Shown: in pieces, positions 44,367-52,479 of the stretch | How the letters are laid out: every line of letters begins with the position of its first letter | Position numbering within the stretch: the stretch's first letter is position 1 | NCBI GenBank assembly: GCA_964436735.1 | Contig: CAYTFM010000002.1 | Coordinates: 25,352-89,351, forward strand | DNA: 64,000 bases | Reading direction: 5' to 3' | Origin: an uncultured Victivallales bacterium | GTDB lineage: Bacteria; Verrucomicrobiota; Lentisphaeria; Victivallales; GWF2-38-69 | Program-made: the position numbers and the translations under genes | The notes under the pieces: generated by a model | What the model was told of the DNA's origin: nothing | The model's input: the letters and a program-made list of their open reading frames with translations, nothing else | The model's database searches: none

Positions 44367-45484
44367 ACATGATCAACATTCCCCAATGCAATCCCAAGTC
44401 AAACTATCTATCCTATAAGGCTGAGGTAGACGCCGCCGTCTCCTCGGTCCTCTCCAGCGGCAGATATATTCTTGGAGAGAATGTTGAGTTGTTTGAAAAA
44501 GAATTCGCCGACTATCTTGGGGTTGGGCATGCTGTCAGCGTTGCGAGCGGCACTGACGCAGTGGAGTTGTCGCTCAGGGCCCTTGGAATTGGCAGGGGTG
44601 ATTATGTGGTGACGGTCTCGCACACCGCCGTGGCCACTGTTGCGGCTATCGAGCGCGCGGGAGCACTTCCTCTTTTCGTTGACATTGACCCAGTCACTTT
44701 CAACATGGATCCGAATTCTTTAGAGGCTCTTTTCGATAAAACGAACGATAAGAAAATCAAGGCGGTAATTCCAGTCCATCTCTATGGATGCCCTGCTGAC
44801 ATCCCAGTCATTGCCAGGATCGCGGCGAAACGAAATGTGAAAATTATCGAGGACTGCGCCCAAGCGCATGGTGCGATGATTGGGAATAGTAAAGTTGGCA
44901 CATATGGGCAGACCGGAGCCTTTAGTTTTTATCCGACAAAAAATATGGGAGCGGTGGGCGACGGAGGCATGATTGTCGCGAAGGATCCTGAGATAGCCCA
45001 TTCGTTGCGACTGCTCAGACAATATGGCTGGGAACAAAGATATGTGAGTTCGATATCTGGCGTGAACTCACGGCTTGACGAGATGCAGGCGGCAATCCTC
45101 AGAGTAAAACTTCGTCACCTGGATGAGGACAACGATAAGCGCAGACGCATAGCTGGTATCTACGACGAGAAGCTATACAAGACCAGTGTGATCATTCCTG
45201 GGGTTCCTAGGGGCATGACCCATGTGTATCACCAATACGTCATTCGACATCAGAGACGAGATCAATTCATGCAGCATCTTGCAGGTGAGGACATTGGTAC
45301 CCTTATTCATTATCCTGTTCCCGTGCATCTTCAACCCGCTTACTCGGGCGTGCCACGAATAGTCTCACTTGAGCATACGGAAAAGGTTGTCCAAGAGATT
45401 GCGAGTCTCCCAATGTATCCTGAATTGTCAGAGGACGATGTGCGTACTGTTGTCGATACAATACGTCGAATACCTTCTACATGA
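44363..45484 (+). CDS. DegT/DnrJ/EryC1/StrS family PLP-dependent sugar aminotransferase
   Basis: LGENVELFEKEFADYLG, AVSVASGTDAVELSLRALG, IIEDCAQAHGA and SFYPTKNMGAVGDGG (PLP lysine context) are present. Confidence 0.88.
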   Translation: MNMINIPQCNPKSNYLSYKAEVDAAVSSVLSSGRYILGENVELFEKEFADYLGVGHAVSVASGTDAVELSLRALGIGRGDYVVTVSHTAVATVAAIERAGALPLFVDIDPVTFNMDPNSLEALFDKTNDKKIKAVIPVHLYGCPADIPVIARIAAKRNVKIIEDCAQAHGAMIGNSKVGTYGQTGAFSFYPTKNMGAVGDGGMIVAKDPEIAHSLRLLRQYGWEQRYVSSISGVNSRLDEMQAAILRVKLRHLDEDNDKRRRIAGIYDEKLYKTSVIIPGVPRGMTHVYHQYVIRHQRRDQFMQHLAGEDIGTLIHYPVPVHLQPAYSGVPRIVSLEHTEKVVQEIASLPMYPELSEDDVRTVVDTIRRIPST

Positions 45485-45524
45485 TAAGTCGACACCAGCA
45501 GCCTGCAGCCTTGACGATAATCTG

Positions 45525-46307
45525 ATGTCACATATGCATGATCGAATAAGGAGTTCAATTTCTCCGGTATCAGTGACGGACAAGCAGCTTCCAAGTCCAA
45601 CTATCTCGATTATCACTCCTTCCCTCAACGGCGCCTCGACGATTGGGCGTACCATCGACAGTGTCGCAGTCCAAACGCTCCAACCAATGGAGCATATACT
45701 AATCGATGGCGGATCCACTGATGGAACAGTCGATATTATCAAACGGTACGAGGACAAAATCACTCACTGGGTCAGCGAACCGGATTTCGGTCTCTATCAT
45801 GCGATGAATAAGGGGATTCTCGCTTCGAAGGGGGACATCATCGGAATTGTCAATGCGGATGACTATTACTTCCCCAGAGCTTGTGAAATGGCAGTAGAGG
45901 CGTTCAAGGGAAAGACCCTCGATGAGCATATTGTCTGGGGCGATGTCATGTATGGTAAAAAGAGAGTCAAGGGATGGCGGGCATGGAATCTCAAACGGGG
46001 GGCGTTCGCACCGCATCCGTCAATGTTCTGTCCACGGAAGGTGTATGATAAAATAGGGCTGTATAAGCTCTGCTACAAAATATCCGGCGACTATGAGTTC
46101 ATGTACCGGGCAGTGAATGCGTGCGGTATAAAGCCTCTTTACGTGGCAGAGCCGTTCGCCTACTTCAGTGATGGGGGACTCGCATCGAGAAACGTATTCC
46201 GAGCGTTAACGGAGGAAATGCTGATCAAAATCGAACATGGCCAGTCTATTGGCACTGTCTTTCCTTTGTATTTGTTAAAAGTTTTGAAGAATATGGTGCG
46301 ACTATGA
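45525..46307 (+). CDS. Family 2 glycosyltransferase
   Basis: ISIITPSLNGASTIGRTIDSV...ILIDGGSTDGT...IGIVNADDYY is present. The start is set at ATG 45525, after the aminotransferase stop. Confidence 0.85.
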   Translation: MSHMHDRIRSSISPVSVTDKQLPSPTISIITPSLNGASTIGRTIDSVAVQTLQPMEHILIDGGSTDGTVDIIKRYEDKITHWVSEPDFGLYHAMNKGILASKGDIIGIVNADDYYFPRACEMAVEAFKGKTLDEHIVWGDVMYGKKRVKGWRAWNLKRGAFAPHPSMFCPRKVYDKIGLYKLCYKISGDYEFMYRAVNACGIKPLYVAEPFAYFSDGGLASRNVFRALTEEMLIKIEHGQSIGTVFPLYLLKVLKNMVRL

Positions 46308-46319
46308 CGGAGGGAATGC

Positions 46320-46365
46320 TCCTTACTTGATTATAACTGCTTGGTGAAATATAATAAAGTAAGGA
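46320..46365 (+). promoter_or_regulatory. Sigma70-type promoter of vapBC bracketed by a 9-bp inverted repeat (candidate VapB operator)
   Basis: The -35 TTGATT is at 46327-46332, followed by a 17-nt spacer and the -10 TATAAT at 46350-46355. The inverted repeat is TCCTTACTT (46320-46328) and AAGTAAGGA (46357-46365). An AAAGGAG SD lies at 46369-46375. Confidence 0.6.
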
Positions 46366-46379
46366 ATAAAGGAGTTTGT

Positions 46380-46622
46380 ATGACAACTATAACCGTGTCA
46401 AGCAAAGGGCAAATCACCCTCCCTGCCAGTTTTCGCAGAAAGGCGAATATAACCGCGGGCAAACGGCTTCAGGTTAGGGTGCAGGGAAAGACGCTGCTTC
46501 TTCAAGTAGCCCCTGACTTTTTTTCCATGAAGGGTTGCTTAGGAAAGGGGAAAGCGGAATCTGAACGAAGCGATGCCGAAGATGAAGCGGCACAGCATGT
46601 CATGGGGAATATGCATTCGTGA
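46380..46622 (+). CDS. vapB: AbrB/MazE/SpoVT-family antitoxin (VapB-type)
   Basis: MTTITVSSKGQITLPASFRRKANITAGKRLQVRVQGKTLLL is a SpoVT/AbrB swapped-hairpin motif. The gene overlaps the PIN gene start. Confidence 0.85.
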   Translation: MTTITVSSKGQITLPASFRRKANITAGKRLQVRVQGKTLLLQVAPDFFSMKGCLGKGKAESERSDAEDEAAQHVMGNMHS

Positions 46623-47020
46623 AAATCTTTGTAGACACCAACATCTTCCTTCGCTTCCTTACGAAAGACGATTCGGGGCAGTCAACACAGGCAGAAGAAA
46701 TTTTGCGGGCTGCATCGAATGGCAAGCAAAGAATTGTTGTCGGTCCGCCTGTATTCTTCGAGTTGGCATGGACTCTCAAGCGGACATATCGTGTCGCTCC
46801 TGAGCAAGTTCTAACCATGCTGGAAGCAGTTGCGTCATTACCGGGGCTCGATCTGCTTGACGAGGCGACGGTGCGGGCGGCCTTATCGATGGCACGCGAG
46901 CATCAAATGGAGTTTGCCGACGCATATATAGCGGCCACTTTGCATACAGAGGGTTTGGACGCATTGGCGACATTCAACACAAAACATTTCCGAAAAACCG
47001 GCATCAGGATTCTACCGTGA
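46619..47020 (+). CDS. vapC: PIN-domain ribonuclease toxin (VapC-type)
   Basis: VKIFVDTNIFLRFL (Asp), FFELAW (Glu), FADAYIAAT (Asp) and TFNTKHF are present. The GTG start overlaps the vapB stop. Confidence 0.85.
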   Translation: MKIFVDTNIFLRFLTKDDSGQSTQAEEILRAASNGKQRIVVGPPVFFELAWTLKRTYRVAPEQVLTMLEAVASLPGLDLLDEATVRAALSMAREHQMEFADAYIAATLHTEGLDALATFNTKHFRKTGIRILP

Positions 47021-47102
47021 TTCTTACAAGAGCATGTGCCGGGTTTCCGATTATCTCGTCCTTACTATTCTCCAGGCATTGAGTCCGCATCGGAAATGGT
47101 TA

Positions 47103-48137
47103 ATGAATCTTTCTATCTTCACCCGCTACACGAGTCTTGGGGCGTCAAGCCGACTGCGCTATTTCGCCTATCTTGATGGACTGATCAAGAACGGGATCAA
47201 TGTCGATGTGGACTCGTTTCTGCCTCACTCCTATCTTGTCGACTTATATGCGAAACGTCAGCCGAAGATTCTGCCTATCTTGAGGGCGTATGCCAAGCGG
47301 ATCCATGCGGTGTTAAACACCGGGGACAATCTGCTTATTGAATACGAGTTGCTGCCTTTTGCCCCATACTGGCTGGAGAAGCGGTTGATAGGCAGCAGGC
47401 GGTATGTCCTGAACTTTGATGACAATGTGTGGTGCAACTATGTCGGGAAGCGACTGCTTGCGGACAAATACGACAAACTGGTCAAACATGCGGCAGGCGT
47501 TATTGTCGCCAATGACTATCTTTATGAGAAGACCAGACACTTGAATACCAACATCATCAAAATCCCCACAGCGGTTGAGTTACGCGGTTATGAGGGTAGT
47601 TACGAGAAATACAAGAATCCCACAATTGTCTGGATTGGGACGCCTGTGACCTTCGCCTTTCTTGAGGCCTTCGCGGAAGTCTTCGAACGTTTGTCCGAGC
47701 AGGTCGAGTACGACTTACTCGTTGTGGCGTCATCAAGTCTGAAAAGTGGCAAATTCAAAAAAACAAAGATCAGATTTGTGGATTGGACGGCTGATGGCGA
47801 GGCCGAATGGCTGATCCGTTCTCACGTGGGGGTGATGCCACTCACCTCCGACGACTTTGCCGCTGGTAAGTCGGCGTATAAAATCATCCAATACTTTGCG
47901 GTGGGGTTGCCTGTTGTCGCAAGCGCGGTCGGCGAGAACAAGAACGTGGTGCGGCAGGGCGTCAATGGATTTCTCGCGGAAACGCCGGAAGCATTTGGAG
48001 AATCGTTGCGTAAACTTCTTATTGATAAAAGTTTGTATGCAGATTTAGCATTGTCCGCACGTATGACTTCGCAAGAGTTCTCGCTCGAGCGGCAAATACC
48101 GGTATATGTCGAGTTCTTAAAGAAATCACTTTGTTAA
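47103..48137 (+). CDS. GT-B glycosyltransferase (GT4/GT1-like)
   Basis: SSRLRYFAYL...VWIGTP...GVMPLTSDDFAAGKSAYKIIQYFAVGLPVVAS..GENKNVVRQGVNGFL is the C-terminal GT-B nucleotide-sugar-binding pattern. The start is set at ATG 47103. Confidence 0.75.
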   Translation: MNLSIFTRYTSLGASSRLRYFAYLDGLIKNGINVDVDSFLPHSYLVDLYAKRQPKILPILRAYAKRIHAVLNTGDNLLIEYELLPFAPYWLEKRLIGSRRYVLNFDDNVWCNYVGKRLLADKYDKLVKHAAGVIVANDYLYEKTRHLNTNIIKIPTAVELRGYEGSYEKYKNPTIVWIGTPVTFAFLEAFAEVFERLSEQVEYDLLVVASSSLKSGKFKKTKIRFVDWTADGEAEWLIRSHVGVMPLTSDDFAAGKSAYKIIQYFAVGLPVVASAVGENKNVVRQGVNGFLAETPEAFGESLRKLLIDKSLYADLALSARMTSQEFSLERQIPVYVEFLKKSLC

Positions 48138-48152
48138 GGGAATAGGTGGCAG

Positions 48153-49640
48153 ATGGAGGTGCGCAAAGAGGCAGCGGTGGATTTAGGTTCTCCGTCTATT
48201 GTCGAGTGGGGGCCTGCCGCTTTGTCGGCAAGGGCGGAGCGGAGCCGTCAGCGTCAAGCGCAGTATGCCGGCATGCGAGAACGCTGGGTCACGCGCAACA
48301 GCTACTATTACAAGCTGATGAGGCGAATGATTGCATTTCTTGTCGAGCCCGGCAAAAGAGTTCTTAACATCCGCTCACAAACAGGGTTCTTCCTCGACGC
48401 TATGCGCCCATCGAAGGGGGTTGGTGTTGAGCTGACAGAGGAGATGGTTGCCGCCGCCAAAGAGGTTCGACCCAGTCACGAGTATCACGCCTGTCTGCCA
48501 GAGGAATTCACGTGTGATGAGACATTCGACTACATTCTACTAAACGATCTTGGTGACACGGTCGACATCCAGAAGACGCTTTTGCATCTTCGGCAGTTCA
48601 GTTCACGGCATACAAGAATAATAATCTACACGTACAATCATCTTTGGGAACCGCTGTTGCGGTTTGGCGATTGTGTGGGTCTTAGAATGCCGCAGCCAGA
48701 AATGAACTGGCTTTCGGAGGGGGACGTTCAAGGGCTTCTTCATCTATCCGGCTATGAACCTCTTAAAGCATATCGTTCGATTCTATGCCCGAAATATATG
48801 CCATTGCTTGCTCCACTGCTTAATGGGGTAATAGCCAAACTACCGTTGATCAATCAACTGTGCATGTCAAAAATGATTGTCGCGCGGCCGGTGTTAGAGT
48901 CGATTCCCGCAGAGAGTCTTTCAGTCTCGGTTGTGATACCCTGCAAGAATGAGGCTGGCAACATCGCCGACGCCGTTCGGCGAATTCCTTCACTGGGACG
49001 ATCGACCGAGATCATTTTTTGCGATGACAAGTCGACGGACGGTACGGCAGACGAAGTTCGAAAGATGCAGGGGCTTTTCCCTGAGAAGATCATTAAACTT
49101 GTCGAAGGCCCCGGCATCAGCAAGTCGAAGAATGTCTGGACTGGGTTTGGTGCCGCCAGTGGGGACGTGCTGATGATACTCGATGCAGATCTCACCGTGA
49201 TGCCTGAAGAACTGCCCTATTTTCTTGAGGTGCTTGCAAGCGGACGTGCGGAGTTCGTCAATGGCTCCCGTCTTGTGTATCCGGTCCCGAAAGAGGCCAT
49301 GAAAGGAATGAACATGATAGGGAACAAATGTTTCAGTGTGCTGTTTTCGTTCATTCTCGGTCAGCGCGTCAAAGACACGCTGTGCGGCACCAAGGTGCTC
49401 TGGCGTTCTGACTGGGAGAGGATGCGTCCTTTGGTGGGAACGTGGGGGATTTTCGATCGCTGGGGCGACTATGAACTGCTTTTTGGAGCGGCAAAGTTGA
49501 ATTTGCGGATAGTCGATTTGCCTGTCCACTACCAGGAGCGGATCTACGGGGTGACGAAAATGACGAAGGTTTTCAGCAATGGGCTCATCATGCTGAGAAT
49601 GTGTTTTTTCGGTTGGATCAAGTTGAAATGTGGTTATTGA
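48153..49640 (+). CDS. Fusion protein: methyltransferase-like N-domain plus GT2 polyprenyl-phosphate glycosyltransferase-like C-domain
   Basis: The N-domain GKRVLNIRSQTGFFLDAM...VGVELTEEMV is a degenerate SAM motif I. The C-domain is VSVVIPCKNEAGNI...IIFCDDKSTDGT...VLMILDADL...TLCGTKVLWR (DPM1/GtrB/ArnC-like). Confidence 0.75.
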   Translation: MEVRKEAAVDLGSPSIVEWGPAALSARAERSRQRQAQYAGMRERWVTRNSYYYKLMRRMIAFLVEPGKRVLNIRSQTGFFLDAMRPSKGVGVELTEEMVAAAKEVRPSHEYHACLPEEFTCDETFDYILLNDLGDTVDIQKTLLHLRQFSSRHTRIIIYTYNHLWEPLLRFGDCVGLRMPQPEMNWLSEGDVQGLLHLSGYEPLKAYRSILCPKYMPLLAPLLNGVIAKLPLINQLCMSKMIVARPVLESIPAESLSVSVVIPCKNEAGNIADAVRRIPSLGRSTEIIFCDDKSTDGTADEVRKMQGLFPEKIIKLVEGPGISKSKNVWTGFGAASGDVLMILDADLTVMPEELPYFLEVLASGRAEFVNGSRLVYPVPKEAMKGMNMIGNKCFSVLFSFILGQRVKDTLCGTKVLWRSDWERMRPLVGTWGIFDRWGDYELLFGAAKLNLRIVDLPVHYQERIYGVTKMTKVFSNGLIMLRMCFFGWIKLKCGY

Positions 49641-49706
49641 TAAGTTTGCTGAAGGTTCAAATACGGAATTAGTTCTTTGGCAAGGCGAACACAGGAGAAA
49701 GCTTGG

Positions 49707-51461
49707 ATGAGAGATAACTGGAAAGGGTGGCGATGTGAATTAGAGTCGTGGTCTGTGCGGGCGGTGCTTTTAGGTGTTAGTCTGATCGCCTGCTTTCTTC
49801 TCATTTATGGTATTGGAGTGGGAGTGCCATCAGCGGAACGGCTTGACGTCTCCCTCGGTGGGCCTGAGGGAGTTGAGAGAGGACTTCTTGTGATCCAGCA
49901 AGCCCTTTCGACGAAAATCTCTGATAGATCTGAATTTTTGGAGATTGAGAAGAAAGGGGATCTTGCGGCGGCGTCTCCCTACTTCGACCAACTGAGAAGC
50001 TTTTTCCCCGACGAGGGGTATGCCATAAAAGTTCTTGGAAGAATGGCCCGTGACAAAGATCCTCTCCCGCGGAGCTACATATATGGACCGTTTTTCATTT
50101 ATCAGATTGGGGCGGGAGTGGGTGCCGCCAAGGCATGCGGATTCCTTGGCGGTGGAACCGATGTCGTTTGGTTCATGAAGCATCCCGGCCAATTTGCACC
50201 CGCATATGTGGCTGCCCGACTTGTCTGTGCTGCATGTGCCGTGGCGGCGGTAGGTCTAACCTTTCTTATCGGTCTTCGTCTTGGTGGGATGTGGCTGGGA
50301 ACGGTGGGGGCATTGCTGCTCGCCTGCATGCCGATGACGGTGCTGGCGGGGAAATATGTGAAGTCCGATGCTCCGGCAATGTGTTGGGCGACGTGTGCCC
50401 TTTTCTTCGCGGTGCCCGTTCTTGCCCGTACCCAATGGAAAGACTACCTCCTCTCGGGGGTCTGTGTGGGGCTTGCCGCCGGTTGCAAATATCCCGCCGC
50501 TATCACGGGCTTGTATTTGGCAGCTTTTCATATCGCAAAGCGGCTGACCGATGACAGGCAACAACCTCGGTTCTCTTTTCAACGATGTGATTTGATGCTC
50601 GTGGGGGGAGGGGTGGCCTCTATTGTCGCATTTGTCGTTTGCTGCCCTTCCTTCTTTCTCGACTGGAACGTTTTCTGGAAGGATGTCCTGTGGACTTCAG
50701 TTGCGATGGAGTCATCCTTCATAGACAATCTCATGTCGTTTTTGCGAGAGATGTGTTCGCATACAATGGGGCCGTTCGCCTTGTTCGCTTCAATATGCGG
50801 TGTTGTCCTCGCCTTCGTCAGACCCCACAAGGCTTGGACCGCTATGGCGGTGGCATTTCTTGGATTCGGTGCGTTTGTCTGTCTGGGCAGCATGGATAAG
50901 GACTATTATCTTCTAACCGTCTACCCGGCGATGTGCCTGCTTGCGGCAAGGGCGGTTCTGATGCCGAAGAGCGGACTCGTGAAGTGTCTCCTTTGCGTTG
51001 GCATGCTGCTAAGCACGTTCAGCTATTCGCTGGCCTACTGCCGTTGCGCAGCGGCCGAGAATACACGGGTGACCGCCGCACGATGGATGAACGAGAATAT
51101 ACCCGAGGGAAGCTCCATTGGGTCATGGAAATATCCCGTTGGATATCGGATTCCAATGGTGAGTCCAACGCGCTATTCCCTGAGAAGCTCCGACTTCAAT
51201 CAGGACACATTGATGTCGGACTACTTCGTAGAAGGTTCTTGGGAGTGGATTCCGCAAACCTTCCGGAGGTTTCTTGCCGGAGAAAAGGACTTCCCCAATC
51301 CTGCGTTACGCGATTATAGAGTGCTGAAAGTTTTCGAATCCCCCCCTCGGGCGTTCTTCGGCTTGCTCCCCCTCAGCCACGATAGACGGCTTTCGCCCTT
51401 TATTGAAGTGGTCTCACCTAAAATTTTTGTCTACAAGAGAAACCTCGCCCCACAGCAATGA
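49707..51461 (+). CDS. GT-C fold membrane glycosyltransferase (GT39/GT83, PMT/ArnT-like)
   Basis: The protein is polytopic, with more than 10 hydrophobic helices. The first loop carries FFPDEGY (a DE motif). KYVKSDAPAMCWATCALFF is present. It lies immediately downstream of the GT2 fusion. Confidence 0.65.
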   Translation: MRDNWKGWRCELESWSVRAVLLGVSLIACFLLIYGIGVGVPSAERLDVSLGGPEGVERGLLVIQQALSTKISDRSEFLEIEKKGDLAAASPYFDQLRSFFPDEGYAIKVLGRMARDKDPLPRSYIYGPFFIYQIGAGVGAAKACGFLGGGTDVVWFMKHPGQFAPAYVAARLVCAACAVAAVGLTFLIGLRLGGMWLGTVGALLLACMPMTVLAGKYVKSDAPAMCWATCALFFAVPVLARTQWKDYLLSGVCVGLAAGCKYPAAITGLYLAAFHIAKRLTDDRQQPRFSFQRCDLMLVGGGVASIVAFVVCCPSFFLDWNVFWKDVLWTSVAMESSFIDNLMSFLREMCSHTMGPFALFASICGVVLAFVRPHKAWTAMAVAFLGFGAFVCLGSMDKDYYLLTVYPAMCLLAARAVLMPKSGLVKCLLCVGMLLSTFSYSLAYCRCAAAENTRVTAARWMNENIPEGSSIGSWKYPVGYRIPMVSPTRYSLRSSDFNQDTLMSDYFVEGSWEWIPQTFRRFLAGEKDFPNPALRDYRVLKVFESPPRAFFGLLPLSHDRRLSPFIEVVSPKIFVYKRNLAPQQ

Positions 51462-51630
51462 CCCCTGTCGTCCGTCCGCATCATTCATTTCCGTTTCGTG
51501 TTCTACCATGACATGGTTTGGTTGCGGGCGTGCGCCTCCTTGGGAACGATGAATAGAGGACGCAGCGTCGAAATAAAGTCAACCCACGCTATATTGCTTG
51601 ATAAGAGATACCGCGGGGAGGCGGCAGAGG

Positions 51631-52413
51631 ATGGGGGAACTTTTTCTTGCAGTGTTGGGGAGCGGGAGCTCCGGCAATTCCATACTGATCCGAAATGGCG
51701 GTGACGCGCTGCTTGTCGACGCTGGATTCAGCCTCAAGGAGACGGTCTCGCGTCTGCGGGCGATCGGCGAATCTCCCGACACCATAAAAGCCATTCTCAT
51801 CACGCATGAGCATGTGGATCACGTCCGAGGGGCCAGAGTGCTTGCGGACGAACTGGGGATCGCGACCTATGCGACCCCGTCCACGGCGCGATACATGGAG
51901 CATAAGAAGCTGCTCGGGGAGAGAAGGGTGCTCTTTGACGCCGGCTCGCCTTTCCTGATAGACGATTTCGCCGTCCAACCCTTCAGCGTGCCGCACGACG
52001 CCGTTGATCCGGTCGGCTTCGTGGTCACCATCGGAGAGAGGCGGATTGGCATCGCCATGGATCTTGGCGTGATCGATCGTCTTGGACGCTGCAGAATGCG
52101 GGGATGCGACGCCCTCATGCTTGAAAGCAATTATGACCCCGTCCTGCTAAGGAACTCCAAGCGGCATCCTCGGCTCATTCACCGCATTCTCGGAAGAAAC
52201 GGGCATTTGAGCAACGAGGCGGCCCTTGAGGCGCTGGGCGACCTGCTGACCGAGAGCACGCGGCACCTGTTCTTCGGACACGTCAGCGAGGAGTGCAACG
52301 ACTACGCCCTCGTCGAGCGGAACGCCCTCGCGCGGCTCGGGGAGATGGGGCGTTCCGATATCACCTTTGCCATGATGAGGCAAGACACCCCGCTCGCCGC
52401 TGTCGCGCTCTAG
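51631..52413 (+). CDS. MBL-fold metallo-hydrolase
   Basis: LAVLGSGSSGNSILI...LLVDAGFS...ILITHEHVDHVRG is the HxHxDH motif. A GGAGG-like SD precedes ATG 51631. Confidence 0.85.
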   Translation: MGELFLAVLGSGSSGNSILIRNGGDALLVDAGFSLKETVSRLRAIGESPDTIKAILITHEHVDHVRGARVLADELGIATYATPSTARYMEHKKLLGERRVLFDAGSPFLIDDFAVQPFSVPHDAVDPVGFVVTIGERRIGIAMDLGVIDRLGRCRMRGCDALMLESNYDPVLLRNSKRHPRLIHRILGRNGHLSNEAALEALGDLLTESTRHLFFGHVSEECNDYALVERNALARLGEMGRSDITFAMMRQDTPLAAVAL

Positions 52414-52479
52414 TTTTTCTGGCACATAGTTCCGCAGCTGGCTGTGAAACTATGTGGCAGAGAAATTATTAGGATTTGT

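Noticed and set aside
51340-51346. C7 run near the 3' end of the GT-C gene as a phase-variation tract.
   Set aside because: It is shorter than the tracts that usually slip. It encodes a plain Pro-Pro in a GC-rich gene. It lies so close to the stop that a shift would have little effect.
49707-51461. The GT-C protein might be a PglB/STT3-type N-oligosaccharyltransferase partnering the PglK-like flippase.
   Set aside because: There is no WWDYG motif and no large C-terminal periplasmic domain of STT3 type. The features fit the GT39/GT83 (PMT/ArnT) class better.
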